IMG/VR virus record: IMGVR_UViG_3300047445_000242
Location: 1,472 to 65,471 of that record
From: a virus
Lineage: Duplodnaviria; Caudoviricetes
DNA length: 64,000 nt
Strand: one strand, 5' to 3'
The first letter of the stretch is position 1, and the number at the start of each line of letters is the position of its first letter. Shown here piece after piece: positions 19,501 through 26,771 of the stretch. Below the pieces are notes generated by a model that saw nothing but the letters and a program-made list of their open reading frames with translations, did not search any database and had not been told where the DNA came from. Made by a program: the position numbers and the translations under genes.

Positions 19501-21453
19501 CACCTCACGGGCGCCGGCGGCCGTCATCGGGCTCACCACGCCCTCGGCCTCCAGTTGCTCCATGAGCCGCTGCGCGTTGGTGTAGCCGATCTTCAAGTGG
19601 CGCTGCACGGCCGACACGCTGGCGCGCCCCGACTTCGTGACGATTTCGCGGGCCTGGTCGATGAGCTCCTTCGACGCCGGCGCCGGCGCCGGAGCGGGCG
19701 CCGGCGCTTCGGACATGGGAATTCCCATATCGGCCTCGGGCTCGATCGGCGTGGGCTGGCGCGCGTCGCGCTCCTTGCTCTTGGTCAGGTCCTCGGGCGT
19801 GGCCTTCAGGTCGCCCTCGGGGATGAAGTCGAGCGGCTGCTCGGCCGCCGGCGCATCGTTCACCAGGGCCGCGTCCATCGCGGCTGTGTCGGCTTCGCTC
19901 TGCTCGATCGAGCGGATGCGATCCTCCACGTCCTGGCGCTCCTCGGGCGTCTTGTTCAGCGGCACGGGCGCCGTGTCAGCGCCGACGCGCGCTGCAGCGC
20001 GGGCGAAGGCCTTGGGCGGCTTCACGGGAACTGGGGGAACTGGTGGCACTGCGGGAATTGACGAAACCGGCGCCGGCGCGGCAGGCGTCGTCAATTGGCT
20101 GGTGTCCACCTGGGGCGCGGATGCCCCTGGAACTGACGAATCCGGGCCTACAGCTGACGAAACGGGCGGAGCCGGTGGGGTAGTGGCTTGCTCGGGCGCG
20201 AGCGCGCCAGGCGCGTGCGCATGCGAGCGCGCGGCGAGCGCACCAGGCCCGAGGGTCCCGGTGAACGTGTCGGCGGTCTGCTGGCCCATGCCTTCGGTAA
20301 GGCCGGTCTTGTTGTCCACGGCGCCGACCACGGCGTTCTGTGCCAGGCCGGGGAGCCAGGTTTCGCCCTGTTCGCCCAGGTGCTCGGCGCCCACGCGCGC
20401 CACGCGATCGCCGAAGGCATCGCGGCGGACGGCGCCGGAAGCGCGGTTCGCGAAGGTCTGCTCGACGCCGAGCTTCCCGCTGATGGCGCCGGCGAGCGCG
20501 CCGGCGGCCTGCGCCGGGATCGAGTAGATCGGCACGATGATGCCCAGCGCCTGCTCGTGGTCCAGGCCCGAGCTCCGCAGCGCCTGGTAGGTCGAGTCGT
20601 TGCGCCACGCGGCCGGATCGACCTCGCGGAGCTTCTGCTCGGTGGACTTCTTCGCGTCGCCGGCGGTCGAGAGGGCATTGAGCACCTCGATCGCCTTCGG
20701 GCTGACGCCGGCCGAGCCGAGGGCCAGGGTCGGCACGAGAGAGCCCGCGCCCTGCGCGACGACATCGAGGCCGGCGGCCGGGAGGTCGAACACGCTCTGG
20801 AAGGCGGCGCGCGCCGCGGCCATTTCGCCCTGACTGTTCTTCACCGAATCGATCCGACCCTGGCGCACAGAGGTTTGCTCGCGCAGTTCGGGCGACTTCA
20901 GGCGATCGGCGCCCTTGCTGGCGGTGTCGAAGAAGTCGGCCACCGGCGCGCCCACGATCGGGACCACGCGGGCGGCGCCCTCGACCATGCCGGCGGCGCC
21001 CTGGTAAACGCCCAGCGCGGCGTCGCTGGCGGCGCGCACCAGGCCGCGCTTGGGCGTCTCTCGATAGGGCTCGGCGGACATGGGCGGGGCGGATGCCTGC
21101 GCGCGGTTGCCGGCGCCGCGGCGCTCCTGGCGCTCCAGCTGCGCGCGGTCATAGGGCGCATCCTCGACAGAGCGCTCCAGCAGCGATCGCGTGTCCGTGG
21201 TCCGCGTGCCGGCGTTGGCGATCGTGCTGGCCAGGTCGCCGCCCATGGGGTCGGTCGAGGGCTCAGGCTCGGTTGGGAGCGTGCGGTTGATGCTGCCGCG
21301 GCCGCCGCCGGCGCTCGATGGCGTCACGCCCTTCGGGAGCGCGGCCTTCGCAGCTGGCGTGTCGTCGGTTCCGAAGTCGAGGTCGGAGGCCTTGCGGTCA
21401 TCCGTGCCGAAGTCGAGGTCGTCGGTGGTGGTCTTCTTCGCCATGGTGCTCAC
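10516..21453 (-). CDS. Giant polyvalent virion/ejection protein (FtsK-gamma, inorganic-pyrophosphatase-like, 2 ART-like, LPD5/LPD1 and second HExxH peptidase, LPD38-like C-terminus)
   Basis: 3645 aa. Motifs include SAVQRHLKIGYTNAQRLMEQLEAEGVVS, QKEAGNYKMGH..ENPKGS..DGDHVD, FHGT/YHGT..GYDGI, FGFRGVQFGN..AGSLAHEWWH, HELLH, TVDFNRKG..LYAFFNA. Confidence 0.9.
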   Translation of the reverse strand: MSTMAKKTTTDDLDFGTDDRKASDLDFGTDDTPAAKAALPKGVTPSSAGGGRGSINRTLPTEPEPSTDPMGGDLASTIANAGTRTTDTRSLLERSVEDAPYDRAQLERQERRGAGNRAQASAPPMSAEPYRETPKRGLVRAASDAALGVYQGAAGMVEGAARVVPIVGAPVADFFDTASKGADRLKSPELREQTSVRQGRIDSVKNSQGEMAAARAAFQSVFDLPAAGLDVVAQGAGSLVPTLALGSAGVSPKAIEVLNALSTAGDAKKSTEQKLREVDPAAWRNDSTYQALRSSGLDHEQALGIIVPIYSIPAQAAGALAGAISGKLGVEQTFANRASGAVRRDAFGDRVARVGAEHLGEQGETWLPGLAQNAVVGAVDNKTGLTEGMGQQTADTFTGTLGPGALAARSHAHAPGALAPEQATTPPAPPVSSAVGPDSSVPGASAPQVDTSQLTTPAAPAPVSSIPAVPPVPPVPVKPPKAFARAAARVGADTAPVPLNKTPEERQDVEDRIRSIEQSEADTAAMDAALVNDAPAAEQPLDFIPEGDLKATPEDLTKSKERDARQPTPIEPEADMGIPMSEAPAPAPAPAPASKELIDQAREIVTKSGRASVSAVQRHLKIGYTNAQRLMEQLEAEGVVSPMTAAGAREVLAKPKSETQSATTATPEAQSATVEGDSQRPPTAATAGAAPEAAPRAPDRAGPAAAPGSNAAEAGDNAGGSGASDAAAVRGAGREGAPAEDGAGADRPAATRYPDLKAANDYIREQKGRGTSVIAAPFTHDDGTVSVAIKGSKEYDQALDQRQARVTREANAKLGIEPDDVLNAVGKPFTTRSGAKKAVEARGAGHEIVRLDSGGYVVRKAAEQGVSDATVASGSDGNNVRGTDASGVRGGSADGDGSVGPGLGGPGGELGTGRAAVGTDRGSKAAPVPAGDGPDAALKAGWTRMVTSDRLSALEKTGRTGLRAKMLSAKAWDDLQPRTREALAKAIGEPNASTVEPKSTTPAASIDAAAHEAATSPTNDLPEPTQAQKEAGNYKMGHLSGEQTQGVDITVENPKGSERKGVSPDGTEWSNTMGAHYGYAKRSLAADGDHVDMFVGPAADRAPNVWVIDQVNKDGTYDEAKALFGFMNKAAGVRAYKASYMKGWKVGPITEMTVAEFKNGLENGLFKKPLDPSLATPAAPAPAPAPVAAAEPATAPAAAPSTPKPKRETKAVKAAREAEEARAKYFTPGNVVRGYAGFDRVISYHPPADADGRWSVTVQEVEEKDGKWVDSERSLERTHTTQPTAANLRTGPRAKVATPTLNSEMQRSADRKAAMEAEKPKPNGDTFPGFFHGTAVPMEAFEVGRGGGAGYHHQGPAVYLTDDRQGLARFFAGAAAIKIGRRDKTMTEAQQDAVIESGGTVLNVDVAPDARILDMRGDNVPADVKDLFDRSTDDRALGEQLRDRVLALGYDGIAFKEPNRPEGWEVKPDAVTLAIYRPEKALIKGNEPAAPPKAAAPAEAPAKPPKGKAAAAPAIADFGEELKGAKKMLYTDDYKAKMAEASKADIKTEPLSKSWPAPDYQKLIEGGADSAAVAFARAARDQVPNKPTKGWKLNAWAEKVKTLRESAEAALAGTFDVRDRLKGPDLHVALNDWVVNQTMLYEAVGHAHSLKDVELSAGHYSMYGGVKYSPSKTIWSVSRSSKGSFGNWGKELGVGDTREEAIAKFKANYDKAFGQAAEAAQKKGASFDIYSDRRGNAAAPIFIGKKIGGDVVRLKTGFKTVAEAREWRAGNQAALETSWSDYKHIPSERKAENAPRVGQDHRNSGDVTPEQFGEAFGFRGVQFGNYVEGPRRQADLNRAYDSLMDMAAVLGVPPRSLSLDGKLGLAFGARGSGGKDAAAAHYEPGQVVINLTKNAGAGSLAHEWWHALDNYFGKKDGSGRYLSATPDGVGDVRPQMRAAFAQIKRTLANIPMTARSKALDKRRSKPYWSTEHELSARAFESYVIAKLNDQNFSNDYLANVVPSMEWVLNEEPSYPYPLADELPAVREAFDKFFDTIESRETDRGTTELFSAADPMRTAEGAGAAVQTKPASAEHDRKAARLLDNLKASQEGFISFQAVEPNDSTDAGKSLAAVRLAAKRLFGHDVVFVRFNGPAVFNGAMSASVPGTVFIRVDSSKPHLAILGHELLHSLRREAPHLYAAMEHRLNQLTNDKTTDFYRDLKAKYDAIGREAPEGSKLREELYADIVGDNFVSPEFWAGLAADNRGLFRRVADAVVRFLDRIIAKLANTSPLGTDALLKDVQEARRVVIAGMRAFSEQARSRTGLATAAGESMSAATQKQTDTPAFKRWFGDSKVVDDSGAPAVVYHGTIVRDGAKAPGMGDITAFDRMFTTKFRAPSLDTVGSWFSTNPGEGGAAMYSGNHEGSAIYPVYLAIKNPQVTTFQLLQRRARLLQNGKDDGRTIGTAEVDAYRKWLTDMGKDGIKIEASGNEGSTEFDNQAAWIALEPSQIKSATGNGGAFDPSSADIRLSAAAPAPSQQPKPNLAKAIFGGSIAWTRDQSGKPVKLAEQKKAYEAIGTDERAEMLLRTGTITADQLKRWRESKLDIYEGAINNRFRKQFESPGLVWRDDELRRLFKMDDAGIAEYRQLRASADSAITAQALDDMLRVADRTGQAINEEVKTLPLDLAAERLRDELLQVAEGHTTEGEGGTPRTSAEGRKAIERANKIIDILDVANDRMGHGHVPTDVAAEVIDRPWAAPGRSRIDNLIYEWQDGKVDLKRVQEAIERDTQDQIEDQFNARLAETLYAGRVAKKSEDFVKHEVEPLLKAMRDAGVDQVELGDYLHARAAPERNKQIAKINPLMPDGGAGSNSKGLLLTTAAANKYLADIPADRRAVLDRMGAMIDKITAGTRARLVLDGLEDGDTIAAWEGAYKHYVPMFREDVDFNRLVIHKRATGSEKQAINIVAQVLQQREAAIVRGEKNRIAVALYGLALSNPNPSFWATIRPDSQAEDIKADLERMGIDPLVAEAGHQGLPSVTDVDPVTNRVTTKTNPMYAMMPGAITLKIKGESRVLMLNVEDERAKRMAAAMKGADSLLNDYDVAGSIVGRATRWLAAVNTQYNPAFGIVNFWRDTSGGLVHLTNTELRHEKLRVMAGIPGAMRGIFHHLTGREDAGKWSRLFDQFMAEGGKTGFTAMFENGEKRAKEVERQLKIMSRGPMDPRRVGRMLINLLSGFNDIMENAVRLSAYAAALDKGMSKPQAARLGRELTVDFNRKGRTGRTVGPLYAFFNAALQGTERTMRALRGPAGPRIIAGGFALGVLQGLMLAAAGFDDDDLPEFVKARALIIPLPGEGKRYIAIPLPLGLHVLPNTGRVLTEMALSELQPKKLGLKAWSALGEIAGAFNPLGGGNVFTTDGALKTVLPTVLDPLVELASNRNFAGVPIEQQERGDRDPRPGAARTREATRRTLTGQAYLGISKAINAMTPNADLDFGTDVTQGGISWTPERYRYIAQVLGGGVLRETERLINLSAAKLAGQEVPENSIPVMNRWYGKVDDQQVQRSKYFNNVNKLEKLEGEIKAAKAADLPDLMDRLQAKPEADAIRFGNRAQRAVNKLTKEVKETTDPARLKELDAERYVWQKDLNESIEQEEKARRKPTLGERVRASAAGR

Positions 21454-22991
21454 TTCTTGACCAGCTTTTCGCCGGTCTTCGGGTGGATGTAGACCGCGCC
21501 GCTCGGGAGGGCGTCGTACTCGCCGCGGGTCGAAACCTTCACGGCGCCGCTCTTGTCCTTCGGCGGGCTCGCGTCGCCCTTCTGCTTGCGGATGCCGGCC
21601 GTGCCCTCGGGGCCGACTTTCTTCTCCACCAGGTTGACCAGCTGCTCTTGCACGGCGTCGCGCTGAGCGCCGAGCGAGGATTGCTGCTTGTACAGGCTCT
21701 GGAGGAGCGGGTCGGCCGCCTGAGAGGCGCGCGGCAGGTCCTTCACGCGATCAGAAATCGCCTTGTTCGTCTCGCTGATTTCGCGGTTGATCGCGGTCGC
21801 CGCCGACTGCACGGTGAGGCGCGTTTCGCGATCACTGGAGCCGCCGCCCTTGCCGCCACCGCCGCCGGCCTGCAGCTTGGCGATGCGGGCCTCGTTCATG
21901 GCGCCGGTCAGTTCGAGGCGCTGGCGTGCGATGTCCAGGCTGTCCTTCTTCGCGTCGATCGAGGCATCCGTGGCCACGCCCTTGCGCCCGAGCTCCAGCG
22001 CCTTGTCGTAGGGCATGAGCGCCATCGAGGCCTGGTGGCTGTTGATCGTGAACGGCGTGGTCTTGCCGTCTTCGCCCACCATCGGGAAAGTGAGGTCGAA
22101 CGTGCGAATCTTGCCGGCGCCAGGCACGTCCGTTTCGGTCGGCGTCATCGTGACTGGGCCGTCGCCGACCTTGAACAGACCCGACTTCTTCAGCGTGGCC
22201 ACGGCCGCGGTCTTGTCGCCGAGCCGGAACTGGCGCATGCCCTCGAACACGCCCTTTTCCTTCATTTCCTCGGCGGCCTTCTGCATCTGCGACTGCTTCT
22301 GCTGCAGCGCGAGGGCCTCGGTCGGCATGCCGTTGCGCATGTAGGCGTCGGCCATCCGGCCCACGGTCGCGTCGGGCGCGTTGGCGGAATCGGCTGCGGC
22401 TTGCGCGGCGGCGCGGTTTGCGTAGGTCTTGCCGCCGACCTCGAAGCTCTGCACGCCCACCGGGGCCAGCGGCGCAGCTGCTGCCGGCGGTGGAGTGACC
22501 GCGGCGTCCACCGGCGCGGCGACGCCCTCGGCTGCAACGTCCTGGTTCGTGACGCCGGCCTGCTGCGAGGCGAGCGCGGCGCGGTTGGCCATTTCGGCGC
22601 TCGCGTCCTGCGAGGTGGCCAGGTTCTGCGCGGCCGCGGCCCGGCTGGCCGCCTCTCCGCCTCCTGCTGCCGAAGCGATGCCGCCGGCGAGGGCGCTGCC
22701 CGCGGCCGCCGGCGTCGATGCCGTCATGGGCGCTTCGCCAGGCTGGCCCACGTCGCGATTGTCCATGTAGTCGGGCTTCGCCACGCGCTCGGTGACGGCC
22801 TGGCGCTGGCTCGCGCCGGCCAGGTCACGCTCGACCGCATCCTCTCGATCGAGCTTGCGTGTCTGCGAAGCACGAACTCGAGACTTGAATTTCTTGTCGC
22901 TCTCGTACTCCTCGTCCGAGCGAACGATCTGCCGTCCGCGCAGGTAGCCGTTGACGGCCGCTTCAGCGATGTTTCCCCAGTTGCCAGCCAT
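21450..22991 (-). CDS. Internal virion (ejection) protein
   Basis: 513 aa, Ala/Gln-rich helical, C-terminal EYDALPSGAVYIHP motif. Coupled to the giant gene. Confidence 0.7.
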   Translation of the reverse strand: MAGNWGNIAEAAVNGYLRGRQIVRSDEEYESDKKFKSRVRASQTRKLDREDAVERDLAGASQRQAVTERVAKPDYMDNRDVGQPGEAPMTASTPAAAGSALAGGIASAAGGGEAASRAAAAQNLATSQDASAEMANRAALASQQAGVTNQDVAAEGVAAPVDAAVTPPPAAAAPLAPVGVQSFEVGGKTYANRAAAQAAADSANAPDATVGRMADAYMRNGMPTEALALQQKQSQMQKAAEEMKEKGVFEGMRQFRLGDKTAAVATLKKSGLFKVGDGPVTMTPTETDVPGAGKIRTFDLTFPMVGEDGKTTPFTINSHQASMALMPYDKALELGRKGVATDASIDAKKDSLDIARQRLELTGAMNEARIAKLQAGGGGGKGGGSSDRETRLTVQSAATAINREISETNKAISDRVKDLPRASQAADPLLQSLYKQQSSLGAQRDAVQEQLVNLVEKKVGPEGTAGIRKQKGDASPPKDKSGAVKVSTRGEYDALPSGAVYIHPKTGEKLVKK

Positions 22992-22992
22992 G

Positions 22993-24411
22993 TCAGGCCT
23001 CCATTTCGTTGTCGAGATTGATGAGGGTTGCGGTCACTTCGGCGCGGATGTCCGCCAGGCGGCGGATGACCACGGCGTGAGCCTCGGGATGGTGCTTCTT
23101 CGTGTAGCCGAGCCGGCCTTCGTCGAGCCAGGCCGTGCAGTGCAGGCACTCGGGGGCGCGCTTCATGCCCTCGGCGTAGAACGGCGCCACCGGCACGCCT
23201 AGCGCGGCCAGGTAGGTGTCCACCTGGGCGGCGGTCCAGTCCTGGATTGGGTAGTGCACCTCGAAGCCGTCGAGCACGTCGCGGTCGCGCATCGGTGGTG
23301 TCGCGTACTCGTCGTCACGCTGGCCGCGCACGATCATCGTGATGCGCTCCTCCACCATGATCGCGTGCATGGGGTTCATCAGGTTCGCGGCGCAGCAGGC
23401 GTAGCGATCGACCAGGCGAAGCTCGCGGCCCGACACGGCGCGCCCGATCGGCGTGTTCTCGGTCGGTACCAGGTCGCTCGCGTAGCCGTGTGACAGGCGG
23501 AAGGCTCCCACGTCCTGGGCGATGACCTCCAGCACCACGCCGGCGTCGGCCAGGTCCTGGCGCACACGATCGACCACCGCCCGCGTCTCGGGGAACTGGT
23601 CGCCGGTGTCCAGGTGGTAGACGCGCATCTGCGGCCAGCGATCGCGCAGCAGGTATAGCGCCGCCAGGCTGTCGCGGCCGCCGCTGAACTGGAAGGCGAT
23701 CGCGCCCTCGTGGCGGGTCCACCGGGCGACATCCGGGTGCAACGCGGTGAACTTCCACACGGTCGGGACCAGGCCGTCCATCACGGTGGTTTCGATGCCG
23801 TCCGCGGCCAGGAGCTCGGCCATGCGATCGACGCACACGCCCGGCGCGAGCGCGGCCTCCAGCGTGAAGCCGGCCTCGCGCGCCCAGCGCTCGATCCACT
23901 CGGGCTCGAAGAAGCGCGCGCCCAGGAGCGCCTCGGCCTCCACGTTGTCGCCGGCGAGCCTGGCCATGTCGTTGATGAGGAGCGTGCCGCCGGGCTTGAG
24001 CACGCGATAGGCCTCCGCCAGCGCCTCGCTCCAGAGTGGCGAATGGCAGAGCGCGAAGCTGAAGACGATCGCGTCGGCCGACTTGTCGGGCACATCCGTC
24101 ATCGCATGGAAGTCCGCCTGGAGCCGGTCGAAGTCATCGGGGCAGAGCGACAGCTGGAGCTTGCTGGCGTTCACCAGGAGGAAGTCAAGGTCGGGGCGCT
24201 CCTCGCGCATGAGCCTGGCCATTTCGCCGACGCCACACCCGGCATCGATGATCGCGGCGCCCTCCAGCGGGTCCAGCATGGCCAGCAGGACGGCGACGTG
24301 CTCGGCTTCGGTGGCGCCGAACAGGGCGCTGTTGAAAACGCGAATGCCGCGGTCGAGCGCTGGCTCGGTCGCGGCATCCACGGCCTCGGGATTCATGAGG
24401 GTGAGGGTCAT
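22993..24411 (-). CDS. Class I SAM methyltransferase fused to a PAPS/APS-reductase-like PP-loop domain
   Basis: IIDAGCGVG, EAYRVLKPGG, then FSGGRDS, DTGDQFPET, CC-X81-CLHC, RGQR, YPIQDWT. Confidence 0.88.
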   Translation of the reverse strand: MTLTLMNPEAVDAATEPALDRGIRVFNSALFGATEAEHVAVLLAMLDPLEGAAIIDAGCGVGEMARLMREERPDLDFLLVNASKLQLSLCPDDFDRLQADFHAMTDVPDKSADAIVFSFALCHSPLWSEALAEAYRVLKPGGTLLINDMARLAGDNVEAEALLGARFFEPEWIERWAREAGFTLEAALAPGVCVDRMAELLAADGIETTVMDGLVPTVWKFTALHPDVARWTRHEGAIAFQFSGGRDSLAALYLLRDRWPQMRVYHLDTGDQFPETRAVVDRVRQDLADAGVVLEVIAQDVGAFRLSHGYASDLVPTENTPIGRAVSGRELRLVDRYACCAANLMNPMHAIMVEERITMIVRGQRDDEYATPPMRDRDVLDGFEVHYPIQDWTAAQVDTYLAALGVPVAPFYAEGMKRAPECLHCTAWLDEGRLGYTKKHHPEAHAVVIRRLADIRAEVTATLINLDNEMEA

Positions 24412-24458
24412 ACGTTCATGGCGTGGGCCGTTGGTGGTGGAGGGCGGAAATTTCTAAA

Positions 24459-24474
24459 TTGCGAAATTTCGCAA
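24459..24474. promoter_or_regulatory. Perfect 16-bp palindrome upstream of the MTase/PAPS-like gene
   Basis: TTGCGAAATTTCGCAA in an AT-rich intergenic patch. Confidence 0.5.
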
Positions 24475-24477
24475 GTT

Positions 24478-25365
24478 TCAGATGACGACCGCGGCGACGG
24501 TGGCCACGGCGCCGATGCCGGCGGCCGTGTTGGCATTCTTGGCCTGGCCCGCGGCGGCGTCTCGACCAGCTGCAGCACCGTAGGCCGAGCCGAGCGAGCC
24601 ATACGCGCCCTGCTGCCCCGCGTAGGCCGTGTTCACGTTCGCAAGGCCCGACTGGCCAGCGGCCAGGCCGGCCGCGCTGGCGGCGTTGGCAGCGCCCCCG
24701 GCCTGCAGCCCGAGCGCAGCGCTCGTGCCCTGGCTCGACGCGATGTTTCGGCCCAGGTTGGCAGCGTCCATGCGGCGCGCGTAGCCGATGGTCTCCACCG
24801 ATTGGTCGGCTGCACCGGAGGCGCCAGCCTTCAACTTGGCGGCGCCCAGGTCGAGCGACTGACCCATGGCGGCCGCCTTGGCCGAGCCCGGATTCACGCC
24901 CGAGCGCTCCATTTCGCGCGTGCTGGCGGCGCGGGTCGAGGCCAGGTTCGTCTCGACATCCGCGATCGCCTTCGAGCGAGCCTCAGCGCGCTTCTCGGGC
25001 GTGTCGTAGCCCTTGGCGTCGTCAACGATCTGGGCCTCCAGCGGCCGATATTTCGTGTTGTAGTCATCCCAGGCCTGGGCCTGGATTTGCGTCTGGAGTC
25101 GCTGCTGTTCTAGCGAGGCGTTCGCCGATTCGCTGGCGATGCGGCTTGCCACCTCGCGATCGGGCGCCTCCTGGGCATAAATCTGCTTGGCCCACGCAAG
25201 CTGTTCCTGGGAGGCCTGCATCTGCGCCATCGCGGTGTACATCTGCGCGCTGTTGTTGCCACCGCCGCCGCTGCCGCCCTCCAGCGTCAGGAGGTGGCCA
25301 CGGCCATCGGTGCGGAAGGCCTGCTCGGGCAGGAAGTCAAATTCGGTGCGGTGCCAGCGGCTCAT
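24478..25365 (-). CDS. Ejection/pilot-like virion protein with N-terminal leader and Gly-Gly stretch
   Basis: AAGGAG RBS. MSRWHRTEFDFLPEQAF...TLEGGSGGGG, Ala/Gln-rich body, hydrophobic C-terminus GIGAVATVAAVVI. Confidence 0.75.
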   Translation of the reverse strand: MSRWHRTEFDFLPEQAFRTDGRGHLLTLEGGSGGGGNNSAQMYTAMAQMQASQEQLAWAKQIYAQEAPDREVASRIASESANASLEQQRLQTQIQAQAWDDYNTKYRPLEAQIVDDAKGYDTPEKRAEARSKAIADVETNLASTRAASTREMERSGVNPGSAKAAAMGQSLDLGAAKLKAGASGAADQSVETIGYARRMDAANLGRNIASSQGTSAALGLQAGGAANAASAAGLAAGQSGLANVNTAYAGQQGAYGSLGSAYGAAAGRDAAAGQAKNANTAAGIGAVATVAAVVI

Positions 25366-26002
25366 GAGGTGCTCCTTTGGGGCGGCGGCGCCGCTCCTGG
25401 TAGTCGCTCGCCTCTTGCGCGCTTTTGGTGAAGACCTCGGCCGTCTTGGTGTAGCCGAGGGCAAATGCAAGGCGCTCGGCGCCTCGAATGGTGAGAGTGG
25501 TGAACGTGGCTTCGCGGACGCCGAAGTGGAACATCTTTTCCTCGGCGAAGCGCCACAGCGCGACCGCCAGCGCCCCCGTGCGGAACTCGGGGACCACGTA
25601 CAGGAGGTCATCGACCGCGCACAGCTTCTGCGTCGCGAGGTCCAGGCGCACGGCCAGGCGGGCGACGCCGATCAGCTGACCGGCGTAGGTGCGCGCGGTG
25701 AACATCACCAGTTCGCCCGTGCGCTCGCGCTCGCGCAGCACGGCCAGGCCGAAGTCGCTCGCGTCGTCGGTCAGGCGGACTTCCTTGTGATACCCGATGT
25801 GGATGGGTTCGAGCTCGGCTTCGAGCCCCCGGATGCGCTCGGCCTGGAGTGTGTACTCGCCGAGCTTCTTCTGGCCGAACTGGCGGGGGCTGATGCTGCG
25901 ATCGCCCTCCAGCAATGCGTCGGCCATGATGGTCCTGGCCACCTCGGGGGTGAGGACCTGGCCGGCGTGTTTGGCCAGGGCTACGGCAAGGAGGGATCGC
26001 AT
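25337..26002 (-). CDS. GNAT family acetyltransferase/acyltransferase
   Basis: DDLLYVVPEFRTGALAVALWRFAEE (motif A) and AERLAFALGY (motif B). Confidence 0.8.
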   Translation of the reverse strand: MRSLLAVALAKHAGQVLTPEVARTIMADALLEGDRSISPRQFGQKKLGEYTLQAERIRGLEAELEPIHIGYHKEVRLTDDASDFGLAVLRERERTGELVMFTARTYAGQLIGVARLAVRLDLATQKLCAVDDLLYVVPEFRTGALAVALWRFAEEKMFHFGVREATFTTLTIRGAERLAFALGYTKTAEVFTKSAQEASDYQERRRRPKGAPHEPLAPHRI

Positions 26003-26075
26003 TTAGGCTCGCATGGTGGTGGTTCGGCGGTGGGCGTGAGCGTAACGGTCGGTCACATGGTGGGCAAGGGGTGAA

Positions 26076-26771
26076 TTAAACGCCGGGGACGTGGCACATC
26101 GGCAAGCGGATCGGCCTGGCGGTGTAGATGTCGAAGGCCTTGGCTTCGGACCAGTTGGCCCAGACCGTCCAGTCGTCGTAGTGCCGCCAGCCCAGGATGA
26201 TCGAGTCGCCATCCCCTGGCATTTCCAGCGTGTAGCCGAATTTCGGGATCGAGGCCTCGCCGCTGCTGTCCCAGAGGGCCACGGTCACATCGGTGGCATC
26301 GACCCAAGGGCGCCGACCAGCGCCATCAGGCCCGGTGCCGGTACCCACTGCCACGCGCGTGGAGCCGGCGCCAGAGGGGAAGATGTACTCGACGATGGTC
26401 TGGATGCGCGGGAACCGGTAGGCGCTGGAAAAGCAGAGACGGCCGAGGTCGTCGAAGATTTGGATGCCAGCCCCGTCGCCGATCGAGCTCCCCGGAACCT
26501 CGTTGCTGAAAAGCGCGTAGTCGCACCCGCCACCGCAGTGAATCCAGAACCTATCGCCGTATTGGATGACGCCGCCGACCCATGCGCCTGGATCGGGGCG
26601 CAGCAGCAGCAGAGGGCACGAGTTGCCGTGCGCTGCGTGCATGACCTCCTGCAGCGCGAAGACCCCGCCGGGGCCGCTGACACGCCCGGACTGGAACATG
26701 GCCGGGCTCCGCATTTCGGAGGTGATCTGAAGCCGGGACGTGTCGTTGAAAACTTCGATTCCTGCTGTCAT
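26076..26771 (-). CDS. Tail-tip-associated protein
   Basis: AGIEVFND and AGIQIFDDLGRLCFSS repeats, typical of genes following tail-tip proteins. Confidence 0.65.
   Translation of the reverse strand: MTAGIEVFNDTSRLQITSEMRSPAMFQSGRVSGPGGVFALQEVMHAAHGNSCPLLLLRPDPGAWVGGVIQYGDRFWIHCGGGCDYALFSNEVPGSSIGDGAGIQIFDDLGRLCFSSAYRFPRIQTIVEYIFPSGAGSTRVAVGTGTGPDGAGRRPWVDATDVTVALWDSSGEASIPKFGYTLEMPGDGDSIILGWRHYDDWTVWANWSEAKAFDIYTARPIRLPMCHVPGV

Noticed and set aside
22993-23720. cysH auxiliary metabolic gene call
   Set aside because: Lacks the C-terminal ECGLH motif, is fused to a methyltransferase and lies among virion genes. Gene symbol withheld.
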